Source: Takakia lepidozioides
Lineage: Eukaryota; Plantae; Bryophyta
Direction: 5' to 3'
Assembly (NCBI GenBank): GCA_030704615.1
Contig: CM060731.1
Coordinates: 19,344,001 to 19,408,000, forward strand
DNA: 64,000 nucleotides
The number at the start of each line of letters is the position of its first letter. The stretch's first letter is position 1. Under the pieces are notes generated by a model. That model ran no database searches and was not told the origin of the DNA. It saw only the letters and a program-made list of their open reading frames with translations. The translations under genes and the position numbers were made by a program. Positions 36,344 through 50,200 of the stretch are shown here, in pieces.

Positions 36344-36868
36344 CATTGTCCCTTTCTGAAATACAAGTCCGCAATGGACTAATGCAGTCTCCCAACGGAC
36401 TCCTCCAGTCTCCCAACTGACTCCCACACAGTCTCCCAAGCATAGTCTCCCAACGGACTCACGCACAGTCTCCCAACGGAGTCACAGTCAACAGACTGCG
36501 AGCGCCAGTAAGCCAGTCTGCTGGTCAGTCTGCTACCCACTCCAAAAGTCTGCTCACCACACTTCCACCTCATCCCTGCAACTTATGCCAATCCAGCGTC
36601 CCAGCGGACTCATGGACATGGTGCCTCCCAGACTAGGTACCAGACCCAGCAGTCCTAGCCTCGGCAGCGTACTGCTCGCACATTCAAGCTCAGCAGACTC
36701 GGGTGCACAGTGCATGGAAAAATTGACACCATTGAGTTTAGTGACAACATTACAAAACATGCCAGCACCCACAGTACACAAAAGTGCTCATCACCACTGG
36801 AATAGTAAGCGAAAAGACTCGCATTTTTTATTTCGGTACATAGACTTCACATGACAAGTACATCATAC

Positions 36869-37927
36869 TCATGAGAGCAGTTTCTCTACATTGTCCAACC
36901 CCCGCACGATATACTGGGCACACTGCATTCGCTGCCCAAGTGCAAACTTGAAAGTAAACCAGTCCTTCGTGAAAGGTGTTCCTCTCTCTGGCTTTGCAGT
37001 CTTGGAGACATTTGCTCTGACTTTTACCCACTCATAAAACACTTGAATGAATGACATGACATAAAAGCCACACTCCCAGCTGAATGGTTGCTGGGGCACA
37101 TCAGGCGCGTGAAACTGAAATGCTTGGACAATCTCATGCCACTCTGGTGAGTCCATCGAGTACCCTAAGCACTGCGCATGAAGCTTCCGAATCCACCTTA
37201 GAACAAAGGGACATTTATATAAGTCCCTGATAGAGTTCAGGTGTGTGTAACAGCCCTTGCGGAGGTCGATGATACAAACACTCCAGTGCCCCCTGCAATG
37301 GTATCAAACAACATGGCGTCATTGCACAATCATGATGGGCAGACTCAGCAGACTGACACTCAGCAGACCGACCACTCAGCAGACTCAGCACTCAGCAGAC
37401 TCAATCTTCAAACCCAGTCCACTGCACAAATACAGAGGTCAACTTAATCGCTTAGAGTCAAGAGGACACTGCGAAACCAGACTATGACTCAGGAGACAGT
37501 CTCAACAGACTCAGAAGAGTTCTTACTCGTCCCCAATTGGCACCAAAATGAAATCGCACTCTTTCAAGTCCTTGCCCAGTCGTTCAGTGCTGAGGCAACC
37601 TTTCAAGACCTCCAGAAGGCTTTCATGTTGCCCCACCCCCAATGACTTCAACACCGTCCACGTCGACGTTGGAAGAACATCAATAGTGTTGGTGAACGCA
37701 GCCTCAACCGACTTCTCATAGAATCGACACCACAGCTCCATGAGTCTATCTGTGCACTCCGACTCAACCTTCTGGACCACCTTTATGTCATCCGGCGACA
37801 GTCCGCATTCAAACTGTGGGTCCCCTTCAAAAAACATCAGCATGGAATTACCCTGTGCAGAGCATGTGCTTTGCCAAAACCGAGCACCCATCCTGCACAG
37901 AGCAGACCATCCTTCGGGAAGCCTCAT
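36869..37927 (-). CDS. Ulp1/SENP-like (peptidase C48) protease exons of the MULE accessory gene
   Basis: CDFILVPI | GHWSVCIIDLRKGCYTHLNS (~37230-37290) ... DVPQQPFSWECGFYVMSF: the His, Asp(Asn here), Gln and Cys signature of C48. Confidence 0.85.
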
Positions 37928-38099
37928 GTACTGAACAGACTGACGTCAACATGGTACCAAACACTCTACAGGCTGAACAATTCATCAACTGACAAGACTA
38001 ACCACAACAGACAATGATGAAACCAGCAGCAGACTGACCAGCGTGCAGACTGACCACAACAGAGCGCAAAGCACTTAACGACAAAGACAGACGAGGAGA

Positions 38100-41000
38100 C
38101 TGAGCACAATACTCACCTGTGCTGCTCCAGGAAACGACCCACATCTTTGTCCATGTCCAAGGCCAGCTTGCGGTTCTTGTTCATAAAGACGCCAGACTTA
38201 TGAGAGTGCAGCTATTAATACTACAACACCACCGATATCAAAGTGAAGTACACGTTTGAAATGAGCTATGAAAACGATAGTCCGCTTCTTGGCTTTGCCT
38301 CTCCCTTGGGAAGCAGGGACAGCTGTAGGCGGGCTGGATAGAGCAGACAAACGCAGCGCTGCCGCCTACTTCGCAACAGAGGCTGGTCAGCAGGTTTGTT
38401 TACACTTGCTGGACCTGTCTTTGCAGCTTCGTGGGTCGCATGCGTAGAACTAACCCGCGCATCGGGGGGCGTGCTCACCCCCACACCTTTCTTGGTTGTC
38501 GATCCCACGTTTGCAGCATGGGCGGAAGATGTCATGTCCTCAGAAGTAGACAGTCTGCCGACGGAAGGACGAACATCCTGTGAGAATACCGAGCAAAATG
38601 TCGAATTAGCCCAATTTCACAATGTGCTAAAACATAAACAACAGTGCTGAAAGAGGAAATGGCACAACCTGCCCAAGGGGTGAGGGAGCAGACTCCATGT
38701 AATCCAGCGCTATACCAGACGGTGTCTGCGCCGCATGTGGTTCCTTGTCAGTGTGCCTGCCAGCATGTTCAGTCTGTTGCTCAATGTGGGCAGTCTGCTC
38801 GGCCGCCGGTTCTTCGTCAGTCCTTTCGTCTGTGAACTGTGCAGTCTGCTGGCAACTCTGCGGTTCAGTCTCTTCCTCAATGTGGGCAATGTGCTCGGTG
38901 GCAGGTTGGTCGTCAGTCCTTCCCTTTGTGAAGTGTGCAGTGTGCTGGTCAGGCCGTGCAATCTGAACTGTGCAGTCAAGCTGAGCTGTGCAGTCTGCCG
39001 CTCCGAGCCATCCTGGTCAGTCCTTCCATCTGTGACCTGTGCAGTCTGCTGGTTAGTCTGCGGTTCAGTCTGCTCATCAATGAAGACAGTATGCTGCCTC
39101 GCCACAGGTTGCTCGGCAGTCCTTCCATGTGTCCACTGTTCAGTGTGCTGGTCAGTCTGGTGGACAGCCGGCTGGGTGTTCGGATCTCCATGGACTTGGG
39201 AAACATCAAGAACATGTATGGAAGACCCACCGGCAATTGCTTCCTCAGACTCTTCTGTAAGATCTATGATACAGTTTTGCGTTCCCAGATTGAGTTCGGT
39301 CATCACGTAAGACTCATCTATGGCTTTCGCCACTGAGCGCACGAAAACGGGACTAACCTGGAAGGTCATAGAAGGCAGGCCACGGGGAGCTGGATAAGAA
39401 TGCTTTACCGGTGACCTGATGACGTCGTCAGTGAATGTGCTTGGGGGAAAAGTGGACTCGGTCAAAACACTCATACTGGCAGATCCAAAAACATGTTGTT
39501 GGGAACTCAGCAGAAATTCGTCCACAGGGTCCCGGTGAGGCCAGTGCATCCGAGTCTGTTGCACAATCCAGGGAACAGACTGGCTGTTAGTCTCCTGGAT
39601 AGTCTGCTCGGCCATCTGCTGAGTGGGTTCACCAGTGTGCTGCACAGCCTGCTGAGGGCAATTTGCTGGCTGGATTCGTCGGTCTGCTGAGGGGCAATCT
39701 TCTAGCTGGATTCGTCGGTCTGCTGCACGGTCTGCTGAGGGGCAATCTGCTGGCTGGATTCGTCGGTCTGCTGCACGGTCTGCTGTACAGTTTGCTGAGG
39801 GGCAGTCTGGTGGCCATGTTCGCTGGTCTGCTGCACAGTCGGCTGAGGGGCAGTCTGCTGGCCGGTCTATTCTCCGGTCTGCTGCAAAGTCTACAAAGTT
39901 CGCTGCCCGCTCAAAACTGTTTGCACATACTGAGTATGTGTGTGCGGGGCAGTCTGCTGGGAGTGATCCGGCCTATTACCCGGGACGGTCTGGTGCACAT
40001 GCTCGGTTCCAGCACTTGGGCAGTCTGCCCACATGTGTCGTGGGAAATATGTTGTTCGACATTCTTGTGGCCAGTCTGCTGGACAGTCTCCCGAACTCCT
40101 TGTAAAGCCAGGACAAGGTCCCTTGCACCTCTGGCAAAAGAGTCGAAAACAACCTGCACTTGCTTGTCTCCCAGATCAACTCGCCCTGCAACACATGTTT
40201 ATGCAAATGTGAACTTGTAAAAAAGTTGGCAAAAGAAATTGAGCTGAAACACGAAAGTTGCCCATAACATTTTACCTTCCAAGAGATTTCCGACGAGGCC
40301 AATGTCCTTGATTTGCCGGCACAGGCATGCTCCATCGAGATGAGCAATGGCGCCGATGCGGTCTTCAGTTGGATCCCACACCACAGGACTTTGAAGACAT
40401 TGGGATTTTGCAAAACAATGTCAATACTGCTCGCTCCATCACCAATGCAAACCAGTGCAATGCGTCATCCACCACAAACTTCTGTGAATGGTCTGTTCCA
40501 TGGAGTAAGTCCATCCTCAAACTATGCAGATCCTTCATCAACTTGTTGTATGAGCGAAAATTGCCAAATTGCATCCATCTGTGTTGTAGGAAGGAAGCTG
40601 CCATGCGCTCAAAGTCCTCCTCAGTCAATCCGAACAAGTGCTTTCTTCGCACCCCAAAGGTTGGATGTGCCATAGGCATATGTCTGAGGTCTTCAGGCCG
40701 TGGGTCATCCATGAGAATCAGCTGCACAAGTAGAGGCGGCGCATTTTGGTCGCTTGTGGCTTCAATGGCAACAGCAGAGGCGGCTTCTAGAACATGGTTG
40801 GCTTCCTCAATAGAAAACTCCATGGAATAATGAAAGGGTACAAATGACCACGGCGGTCCGCAACAATCCGGTGGAGCTCATTATGCCAATCCAAATGGGG
40901 ATTAATTTCTCCCACCCTAAGCCGGGGAAGTGTGAGGTCTTCAGCTCCGGGTCGAATTACCGGTGATGGCGATCGCCAAACTGCAAAAAACGTCGTGCTA

Positions 41001-42661
41001 TGTGAGAGAAAGGCAGTCTGCTGGTCCGTAGTCTGTTGGATGACAGGACTTCCCATTGGCATGGGCTGCATGATGGGCTCCTGGAGAGGAGTCTGCAGGA
41101 TGACAGGCTGCTCGTTGGGAGTCTGCTCCGTTGGAGTCTGCTGGATGATGGCCTGCTGAATGGGAGTCTGCTGGATGGCAGACTCGGCTGTCCCAAACGC
41201 ATTCCCCCCGACGCGTCTTGAATATGTAATGCCGCTATAGCAGCAGATGACCCAGGATACTTCAATAATATGTACTCTCGCACGCGGTCCACTTCCGCAC
41301 GCACTGCAGTCGCTTGTAAAGGAGCATCATTGCTAGGTATCCGCCAAGCCTGAATGGCCCTACGAATAGAAACACGTTCATCCTGGTACACGGCAGAGAA
41401 CTTCGACGTCAGGAACATGGACGTGGACTCTATATTCACCTCATGCAGCGGACTGGACTCACAGACCAGCAGACTGTAACGTGCGTACGTAGGGTGGAGG
41501 CAACTAGTAGACTATACCAGTGGACTGGACCAGCGGACTGACAAACGGACTCAGTAAGTAATGCAGCGATATAAAACAGACTAACTGACGAGCGGAGTGA
41601 GCCAGCGGACTGAGGAGAGAACGCAGCGGACTGACCAGACTGAATAGGCAACGTGACCCCGATGATGGACTCAAACAGCACAAAGAACAGACTGGGCGGT
41701 CAGACTGACCATTACCTCCTCTACTTCATCATCGTCATCTTCATCTTCAAAGCTGTTCAACCAGTTCTGTTCCGCCTGTCGGATGAATGTGCGTAGCAGA
41801 CCTGACTGGGCAACTCTGTAGAAATAACGGAAGAAGTCTGGATCCCCAATTGGTGGGCACTCTGGTGGGAAAAGCCCAAAGTCAACGAGGCGCAATGTGC
41901 CAGGGCAGACTGGCCCTTCAGTGCTCTGTTGAGTTTTTGGTTTTGACCCTAAACCGATGGCATGGGTCGCAATATTTGTGTGAGTCTGCTGCCGAGTCTG
42001 GTCAGGCAAGTCAATGTCCACTGGACTTGTCACCCCTTCCAGGCCCTGAGCAGATTCATTTTCAGTATCAGTACTGATGGTGTGGGTCTGCCGCCCAGGA
42101 CGGGGTTCAGTCTGTTGCGTGGATTTTGCCCTTGCCTCGCGAGCAGACCTTGCAGCCTTCTCCTTTTTTTGCCTCTCCTTTTTTTGGGCCCCATCACTCA
42201 GTTTACGTTTTCTGGGAGCGTCCGGCGTTCCCTGCACTTGCAAATCCTCCATTGACGGGCCACAACAATGGACGCCATACAGTGCGCGCACTTCGTCTAA
42301 TTCCAAAGTGCGGGGGTCAAGCACTGATCCGCGCAAGCGCATTGTGGCCTCTTTGACAATCGACATTTCTTTCAGTATCGGCCAAGGCTTGAAATCCCGT
42401 GGAATCATTGCAACAGTCTCCTTGCAACCCGTGTCAACACAATGCCGATTTAGTTGGATTTTGTCCTTGATACCTCTTCACAGAAGGGACAGAAGACTGC
42501 CAATTTGAGTTTTTGGGCTTCCGGGCGCGGAGGTCTACAAATGCTTCCACTATTTTATGATCAAACTCGTCTGGTGAGTACCAGTACCGCTCCTTCTTCA
42601 GTCTGGTTTGGTGCACAAAATCCAACCAGTCCGCTCCACCCTTTTCACAAGCATCCTCCAT
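38100..42661 (-). pseudogene. MULE accessory coding region: zinc-finger ORF followed by Q/T-rich low-complexity exons, possibly spliced to the Ulp1 domain
   Basis: Homologous to 13190-17838. ORFs 41671-42408, 40365-40823 and 38710-39645. Exon structure not resolved. Confidence 0.45.
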
Positions 42662-45600
42662 CGCTGCAGAATGAAACGAAGGTGCAAGGACAATGAGTGA
42701 CAGAGCGACAGATAGAAGTCCTATGAAAAGACTCACCCTAAGCAAGAAGATGACACATAATGGAATGGAAACACCGCAGCAAGTGAGAACCTCACCGAAC
42801 CGATGAACTTCGAGTTGTTACGAAGGCGAGCGTGTTTGCGACGCTTCGCGGCTCACCGCGACTCTCCACACCTGGGGAAGAACGGTCGTCTTTCGTTACG
42901 ATGATGGAAACGCAAAGAGGAAAACAAAGCAGTGCAAAACTGTGCGAAGAAACAGGCGTGAAGAGAATGAAGAAAGTAGAAGTAGAAGTAGAAGGGGGAA
43001 AGCGGGCATGGCACTGCCAACGTGGCGCGATTTCACAGGCGCCAACTATCCGCCGTCATCGCATTGAATACGTCCACCGAACGAACGCATCGTACTAAAT
43101 TCATCCACGCTCCTCGCAAGTGCAGCAGACTCATTTCCCATCGGGCCGACAGTCCACCGGACCGCCAGTCCAACGGACTATTCGCTTTGCTGAGGCGAAG
43201 CGGCTTCATATTGGAGGCACTTCCCTGCCAGCGGAATGAAGACAAAAGAGAGTAAGGGGAGAACATGAAAGTCAAACACACCCATTGCGAGTAGACTCGC
43301 GGCACAACAGACTGATGAATGCACAGTCCAACAGATTGATATCCATAGAGGAGAACTGTCCAGCAGACGGATGTTTCGCCAGACTGGCGGGAGAACAAGC
43401 CAAAAGACTAATCGGAGGAAAAATAAGAAGTCAAACAGACTTAGTGCAACATACTTCCGACACAACAGACTGACAAATTCACAAGTGCAACAGACTGATA
43501 TCCCAACAGACGGACTTCCAGCAGACCGCCTCCAAACTGACTGTTATGTACGCGATAAGGGGAATATCCGGAGCACTAACGGGCCAGCGGACCCACTGTG
43601 AACAGACTCGCGACACAATGGACCTCAAACATCCACGCGCATTTGCAGATGCAATTGTCTCAGACATCTCCTGTCGTGGCTCAGACATCTGCATTCAGCA
43701 GGTGCGTGTGGATGTTTGAGGACCTTACGACTGGATGGTGTTCCGTGATGACTCGAATTGTTTTTTTGTGCTGCCATCCCTTATATAATACCATGTGGAT
43801 CCATCACAAAGCTGGGTTTCTTCAGATTCTCCACCCTTTTCCACAACTTATGCACGACGGATGCAAGCCGTTATACTTGGTTATATAAACAGTCCCATCG
43901 TCCGATACGAAATCTGCAATACACGCCCCTATGTGCATACGCTTCCACCATTTTCGCGCCCATGTTACCCATGGGTTCCTTTAACGAACTAAACTTGTGA
44001 AGGCTCTCATGAGGGATGCAGTACAAAGGGGCTAAACGTATCATGACGGATCACAAGCAGAGGACGTTATCGACGACAGATGTCCGCATTTTCCATATTT
44101 ATGACATAGAACCAAACCATAAAACGAAGGTTCCCGAAAGCACAACAAGAAGGCAAAAATAGTGGAAGCATATGCACGATGGTGGCTGTAGTGCCGAGAC
44201 AGTCCTCTCATGTTCAAGCACACGCTTCATCATCATCATGAACATCGCGCGCAAAAGAGGAACAGTCGCGTGCATGGAAACGTCTACCGCAACATCAGAC
44301 AACAAACAGCCGTCAAAAGAGAGCGGCCGGGATTTGGTGGGAAGATCATTGCCATTTTCGCAGCCCTAAAATGGAGGGTTCGGATGGGTTATGGGAATGG
44401 ACGGTGGCGATCCTGCGCTGTCAGCGGACTGGATGGCAGGGGACTGGCGGGCAGACTGGCGGACTGGCAGACTGGAGGGCAGCGGACTCGTGGGCGGGGG
44501 ACTGGCCGCGCGGCGGACGGGGTGCTGGGGAGCCGGGCGTCCGTACGCGGGGCCCACCGGCCACATCGCACGTGCCCATTGAAGACCCTATTATCTTAAA
44601 ATGAGAGGCAGAGTTTCAATTTTGCATTGAGAAATTAAAATTAAGTAGTAGTTTCGGGAGTGAGAGTTTCGTCTCGATAAATTATCCATGGGATGTGACA
44701 ACCTTTAAGGTCTCTTGGAGTCTAAGCGCCTTTTTCTCAAGTCTATCATGGAAAGGGCCTAGTATGGGGTGAGCATAGCATGAGCAAATCCCACGCCTAT
44801 AGGGTAACATGTGTATCATGTACAAGGGTTACTTGTTTCTTAAGTGTTGTTGTGAGGGCCTATGTGGGCAAAAATAGTTTCGCAAATTTTTTTCTCAATT
44901 TTCGTTTCGCTGAGGAATATTCAGAAGGCATCTTAGGAATATACGATATATTCGCTTGTGCTCACGTGAGCATGCTCACTCGCTACCCAACCTAACCTCG
45001 TTGTAGAGAAGCAAGGATGTGTCTAAGATTGCTTTATTGGTTCCCAAGTGACTAGTAGAAAGCTTTGATAGATGGTCATGTAGCCATGATGGAAATACAG
45101 CATCCTAAGAGGTAGTGTCCCAAGATTTTCGGGGTGCCTAGTAGGAGGCAACATTTACACAGAAGCGCGTTTGTAAGTTGCAGCCTGGCCACCTTGAAAA
45201 CTTTTTTTGCAATATGCTATAGGAATGCACTCATCAGGGACCAAATAGAGGTCCGGTTTTCACCTACTAGATGAAAAGTGAATCCATACAAGGTACAGTA
45301 AAAGTGAAATAGACAATCAGACGATCAGACTTCTACCAGTAACTTTGTATAATCTCGACTCATATGACCGTTGACGTTCCCGTTCAGTTCAACATCGCCG
45401 GGATCCGTCATTGGCGGCATCATCTAGCGGATCTATCCACCGGTGCTGGTTTGCCACGGTGGGGCCCACCCGACGATGATCGATGATCGATGAACGGAGA
45501 TTCCGTCAGAGGCAACATTATTATCGGATGAAAAAGAAGAAAAAACTGACCCCAAACTGTGGAGTCCTCTCTCTGAATGGATGAAAGTCTTTTGTCAGAT

Positions 45601-47230
45601 TCTGTTGTGTGGGACCAATTGTCAAACCTTGGGAGGTGCGCACCACCGTTGGGCGTGCGACCCCCTCTCGCCCTGAGGATAACAGGCTTCATCCTGGATG
45701 GATGGATGGATGGATAGATGGCTTACGACAAACAACTAGGGAGTAGCCTGATGGATGTAGATCTGGTCTGCTGGATGAACTGTCGTGGTCGAATTACGGG
45801 CAGGCGCAAGTGGCGATGATGGCGACGTGTTGTTGGTCGCAGGGGAGCAGTGGATTGAGCGATTCTTCGGCGGCCACGTGGCCTGGAACCCAGCTGGACG
45901 GCGCCAGATCTGCCAGGTGCCTGTTGCAAGTGGCTACTGCAAGTGGCTATTGAATGACGGGATGGATGTGCGTGCCCTAGTGAATTCATCCATCTAGTCG
46001 CTGTAAGGGATGGATGAGAAAAGCTTTTTCCACATGGGTTTTGGTTTCAGGCCCCTTTCAGTTTGCACCTCTCCTTTTCTGTTCAAGGGCCAGGGTTTAG
46101 CCAGGTTTCGCCGCATATCCTGCCTGGGAAGCAGGATTGAGAAGCGCCCCACTGCACCTCGTTCTCGGCTTCTCAGGGTTTGCCAGCCAGATCACCATTG
46201 TGCTGCAAATCTCGCAGATTGCTCAGTTTGTACTCGTATGATCTCACGAATAATTCTGTTTCTCTTCTGGTACTGTAGAAATTTCTGTGGAGCGAGAAAT
46301 TCTTGCGCACAGCTGCAGGCCCGGAAGCGTGCGTTGATGCAGGCGCCCCTCCTCATTTGGCTGCTTTGTTCCAATTCTGTGGGGCTATGGTTTCCAGCAC
46401 GTGTTGCCTCGTTCTCTTGGATGATTTATTTTCTTCAATTATGTGCGCAACATATGGTGAAATGGAGATTCCAGCTCCTGCTTCCTGGCTTCCTCTTTAG
46501 TTTGATCACCTGGGGTGCGTCAGTCTGTGTGGGCACCGCAGGACGTACTGGAAGAATATCTATGTTACCTAATCGTTGGATGGAATGAAGAAACGACGTC
46601 AGTTGCTCCGGGAATATGTCGAATCAGAGGCTCAAAGTCAGTTTCAATTGCTGCTCCGGGTGCAAATGTTATTGAGGCATTCTCGGGCCAGTTCGACAGA
46701 ATTGGACGCTAACGCAGGTCGGCGCTTAAGATAAGGCCTCAGTGGACAAAAGTTTATCAAGGGAAGAAGCAAAAGCATATATGGATTGAAAGGCTTGTCA
46801 CCCTAACGCGCTAAATGAAAATATGAAGAATGCCGAATTCTAGTTCAAATCATATAACATTCTTCCAAGGCAACTACTCAAGTGAGCTGGCCAGATTGGC
46901 CGTTAAAACAAGTCTTATCAGGGATGGTCGCAGCGAGGGCCTTTTGAAGACTTGATGTTATTGCAAAGGATTATGGTTGAGATTCGATTTAGCTGGCGCA
47001 GCTGCAGCCCCGGAACATGAACAGGAGATAATCTTGGATTCTGATTTGAAGAAGCTGAGTGCGTCTGCAGATTATAGAATTTGATCTTTGCCTCCGATGA
47101 AAGTCTGGCTCTTTCTAATCTCTTCTAGAGTTCGAGGATATTGTAGCGGGGGTAACGGTCCAAGGTCTTCAAAAGTCGACAGATGCTCTGGACATGAATG
47201 TGCTTCAAAATTGAGGATATTGTAGCATAC

Positions 47231-50200
47231 ATGGAGAAAGGCGGTAAGTGCCTGAGCGTGGGAATGACGGTGGTGTACGCCAGCCTTGCCGCCATCGATG
47301 GCTTCATCGCGATTACTGCTGCGCTTCAGGCATGGCCCCTCAATTGTGCATTTACTAGAGTGAAATATAAATTCTGTAGGAGGGGTTGGTTTCTCTATTT
47401 GTTGTGGCTTGAGGGGAAGGAGGGGGGGGAATAGACGAAGGAGAGGGAAGGACAGTGTTGAGACTGAAGGTGGAAGCACATGAAATAGACTAGAGATGGA
47501 ATCTAGTCTCTGCTGAAGGGCTTGTGGGATTAGCGTATGCAGCTGCTGAGGCTGTATGTACATAACCGACATGCGGGCTGGAATCGGCAGAAGGTTGGCC
47601 TCTTCTTTCTCCCAACAGAAGTGATTATATGAGCAGATAATGTTGTCTTGATAGAGAAAAGAATAATCCCTTGCTGATTGAGGTTATGAACCTAACTCAG
47701 TTCATGCATCTGTTTTTCCAGGTGTTTCACTGTATGATTGGCGCATCAAATTTAGGTTAGCTTGGTCTCCTCCACCCAATCTTCTCTCTCCCTCTCGGAT
47801 GTTATAAAGCACCATTTCATTTCCCTCTCTCACTTTGTGCCCTTAGTAGACAAGCAGTGGCACATCTGTGGTCAGGGCTTAGGGAAGCGAGAGCTGGAAT
47901 CAACTTTGTGCTTTCTAGCATGATGTCTTTACCAGCCTGTGTTTCTTTGGAACGTCATAGCACAAAAGTACATCGAATTTGCTGCACTTAAGCATTTAAC
48001 AGGCTGATGGCTGGTGGGTGCTGTGGATGCCACATCTATCATTAGGAGGTATGCACGAGAGGGTAGGTATATCCAGATTTGTACGTGCACTGAATGTTAG
48101 GGGGATTTAGTGCTAAAGAGCGAGGGCATCCGGTATACCAAGTGCCCTCCCCAGGAAAGGTCAGCTCCATGTCAGGAAGGGGGTTAAAATACCTTTCTGA
48201 ACAGCTGCACTCTGGAACACATGTAATCACAAGCCGCTGGCTCTAGGGGAAGAGCTGGTCCATTTTGTTGCTTAATCCTGTCAGAGTCAAACCACAAAGC
48301 TGTCCTTCAAGTTCTGGTTCATGGAATCATAAACACCAAAATGTATGACCAACATGCCTTCATTATGTATCATGGGAAGCAGGTTACTTCATGTATTTTC
48401 TTTTGAATCTGGTGGCGGCTTGTCGAGGGTGGAGCTGCTGGTCAAATGCGTGCGGTTTCATTCTCATAGGTCTCTCTCTCCCTCTGTGTCGCTCTCTGTA
48501 TGTCAGTTACTCGAGTGTATATCAGCTCTTCAGTTTGTGGAACTCTTAATTGATTGGTTATACCATGTTGTCATTACGTATGCTGTTGTGTTTCAAGGTT
48601 CTGTGCTCCTTCCTTGGCATACTTTCACCCATTAGGGTTAAGATAGTGTATCTTCACCGCAGGCAATTGTATAGGTCCTCATATGAAATCCCAGGGTCTG
48701 TGAGACTTGGATATCCATCACCTCAGGGGGTTTGGGGGATCTATGTATGTGTTAGCATGCTCAAAGGGTTGAATTGTGAACCCTTTGTGTGTGGTGGGGT
48801 TTTGCAGCTGCACCTCAGATCATCTTCTTGGCCACGTTTCTTCTACTCCTTTCTTTCTGGTACATTTTTACCATCTACTACCAAGCAATCAGACACACAA
48901 GCAAAAGTTGCGAGACGAACGCCATTTACTTTATCCACACTCCTTAATGGAACCTGTTGTTATTAAAGATTTCTGACCCAAGAAAATTGCCGTAGATTCT
49001 ACCCACCTGAGTCCACCATTGTGGGGATCTGGGTTGTGCGGTGGAGCCTTACTCCAGCCACCCTCTTTGAGGCTTGGGTACTGATGCTGTCCTCTCTTAA
49101 TCATGGAGTCTATAATAGCAAGTGAAGTATAAAGAATTGTAGAGCTGTCACAAATATGCATGACAATGTAGTTTATTGCTGCCGTAAGGAGGATACCCTC
49201 TGTTGACTGTGATGCTGTGCAGCAGTGCTGGCCATATAGCCGTAGAATATGACTCTACTGCCTCTCATGTTGAAGATCAAAGTTTGAGTACCAGTTGGAA
49301 AAACCACACTCCACATATTTGTAACTGTGTTAGTGAAACAAGAGGGTTTGGTAGAACTATGTTCGGATAGTTTGTCATTATCTTGCTGACAATCATGTGA
49401 GGTGCCCCTCGTTCTAGGGTGGATTTGTGCCATCAAGCGACTGACCGCGAGGAGGAAGAGGAAGAAGATGATGACTATATTCAAGATGAGGGATTACCTT
49501 TGTTCGTTGACAATCAAGCTTCTAGGGGTGGTGACAGCCACCGCAAATGTTGCCTACCAATACGACGCTGGCGTATTCGAGGTCGTCAAAGGTTTGTAGT
49601 TGTGGTAAGTGTACTCTAAACCTGAGATTCTGCAAGACTGAGTAGACTTGTCGACATCCATTCTCACAAACTTTCGTTCTCTCTTACAAGTGGGTAGATC
49701 CTGATCCTCACCTGTTGAACAAACTGGGATATTTTTGTTGGGGAGGTTCTACGTTATGTTTAGGTACTCCGTATCTTTCATGCATCACTCTTCTTCTTTG
49801 GAGGGTGTGTCAAACTTTCATGATGGTTTTTGTGGGTGAAACTCCATGTGTGGTGCACCATCCAGATACGTTAAGGCCTGGCATTCTTAAGTGTATAGGA
49901 CTGCAATTGGTGAACTCAGACATTAGCTAAGGGCTGCTAAGTTTTAGGCTGATGTAGGGTTTTGGTTGGGTGGAATGAGGCAGGTGGTAATAGGCATATG
50001 TCTGCTAACAGCAGCATTTGCAATACTCATTGGATATGGGATGGGTGATAACCCAGTTGATTCCATCAAAATGGCGGAGGTGTGCTCCCTCCCTCTTCGG
50101 GCCTCCATTGGACGTAATAAAGTTTTCTTTCTTTCTTTAGCTCCACTGTGTCCCATGGGCCCTCCTGTTGACATTTTAGAGTTTTTCTTTCTTTGTTACT

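Larger units (their letters stand above)
32339..44609 (+). mobile_element. Mutator-like element (MULE), full-length autonomous-type structure but with a decayed transposase, 12.3 kb
   Basis: Same TIR as 12113-20112 (32339-~32711 / ~44360-44609). 9-bp TSD AGAGTTTCA at 32330-32338 and 44610-44618. Confidence 0.95.

Noticed and set aside
45400-47100. Short ORFs upstream of the TOM1-like gene
   Set aside because: No recognisable homology; likely promoter, 5' UTR or intron sequence with a (GGAT)n microsatellite at ~45695-45720.
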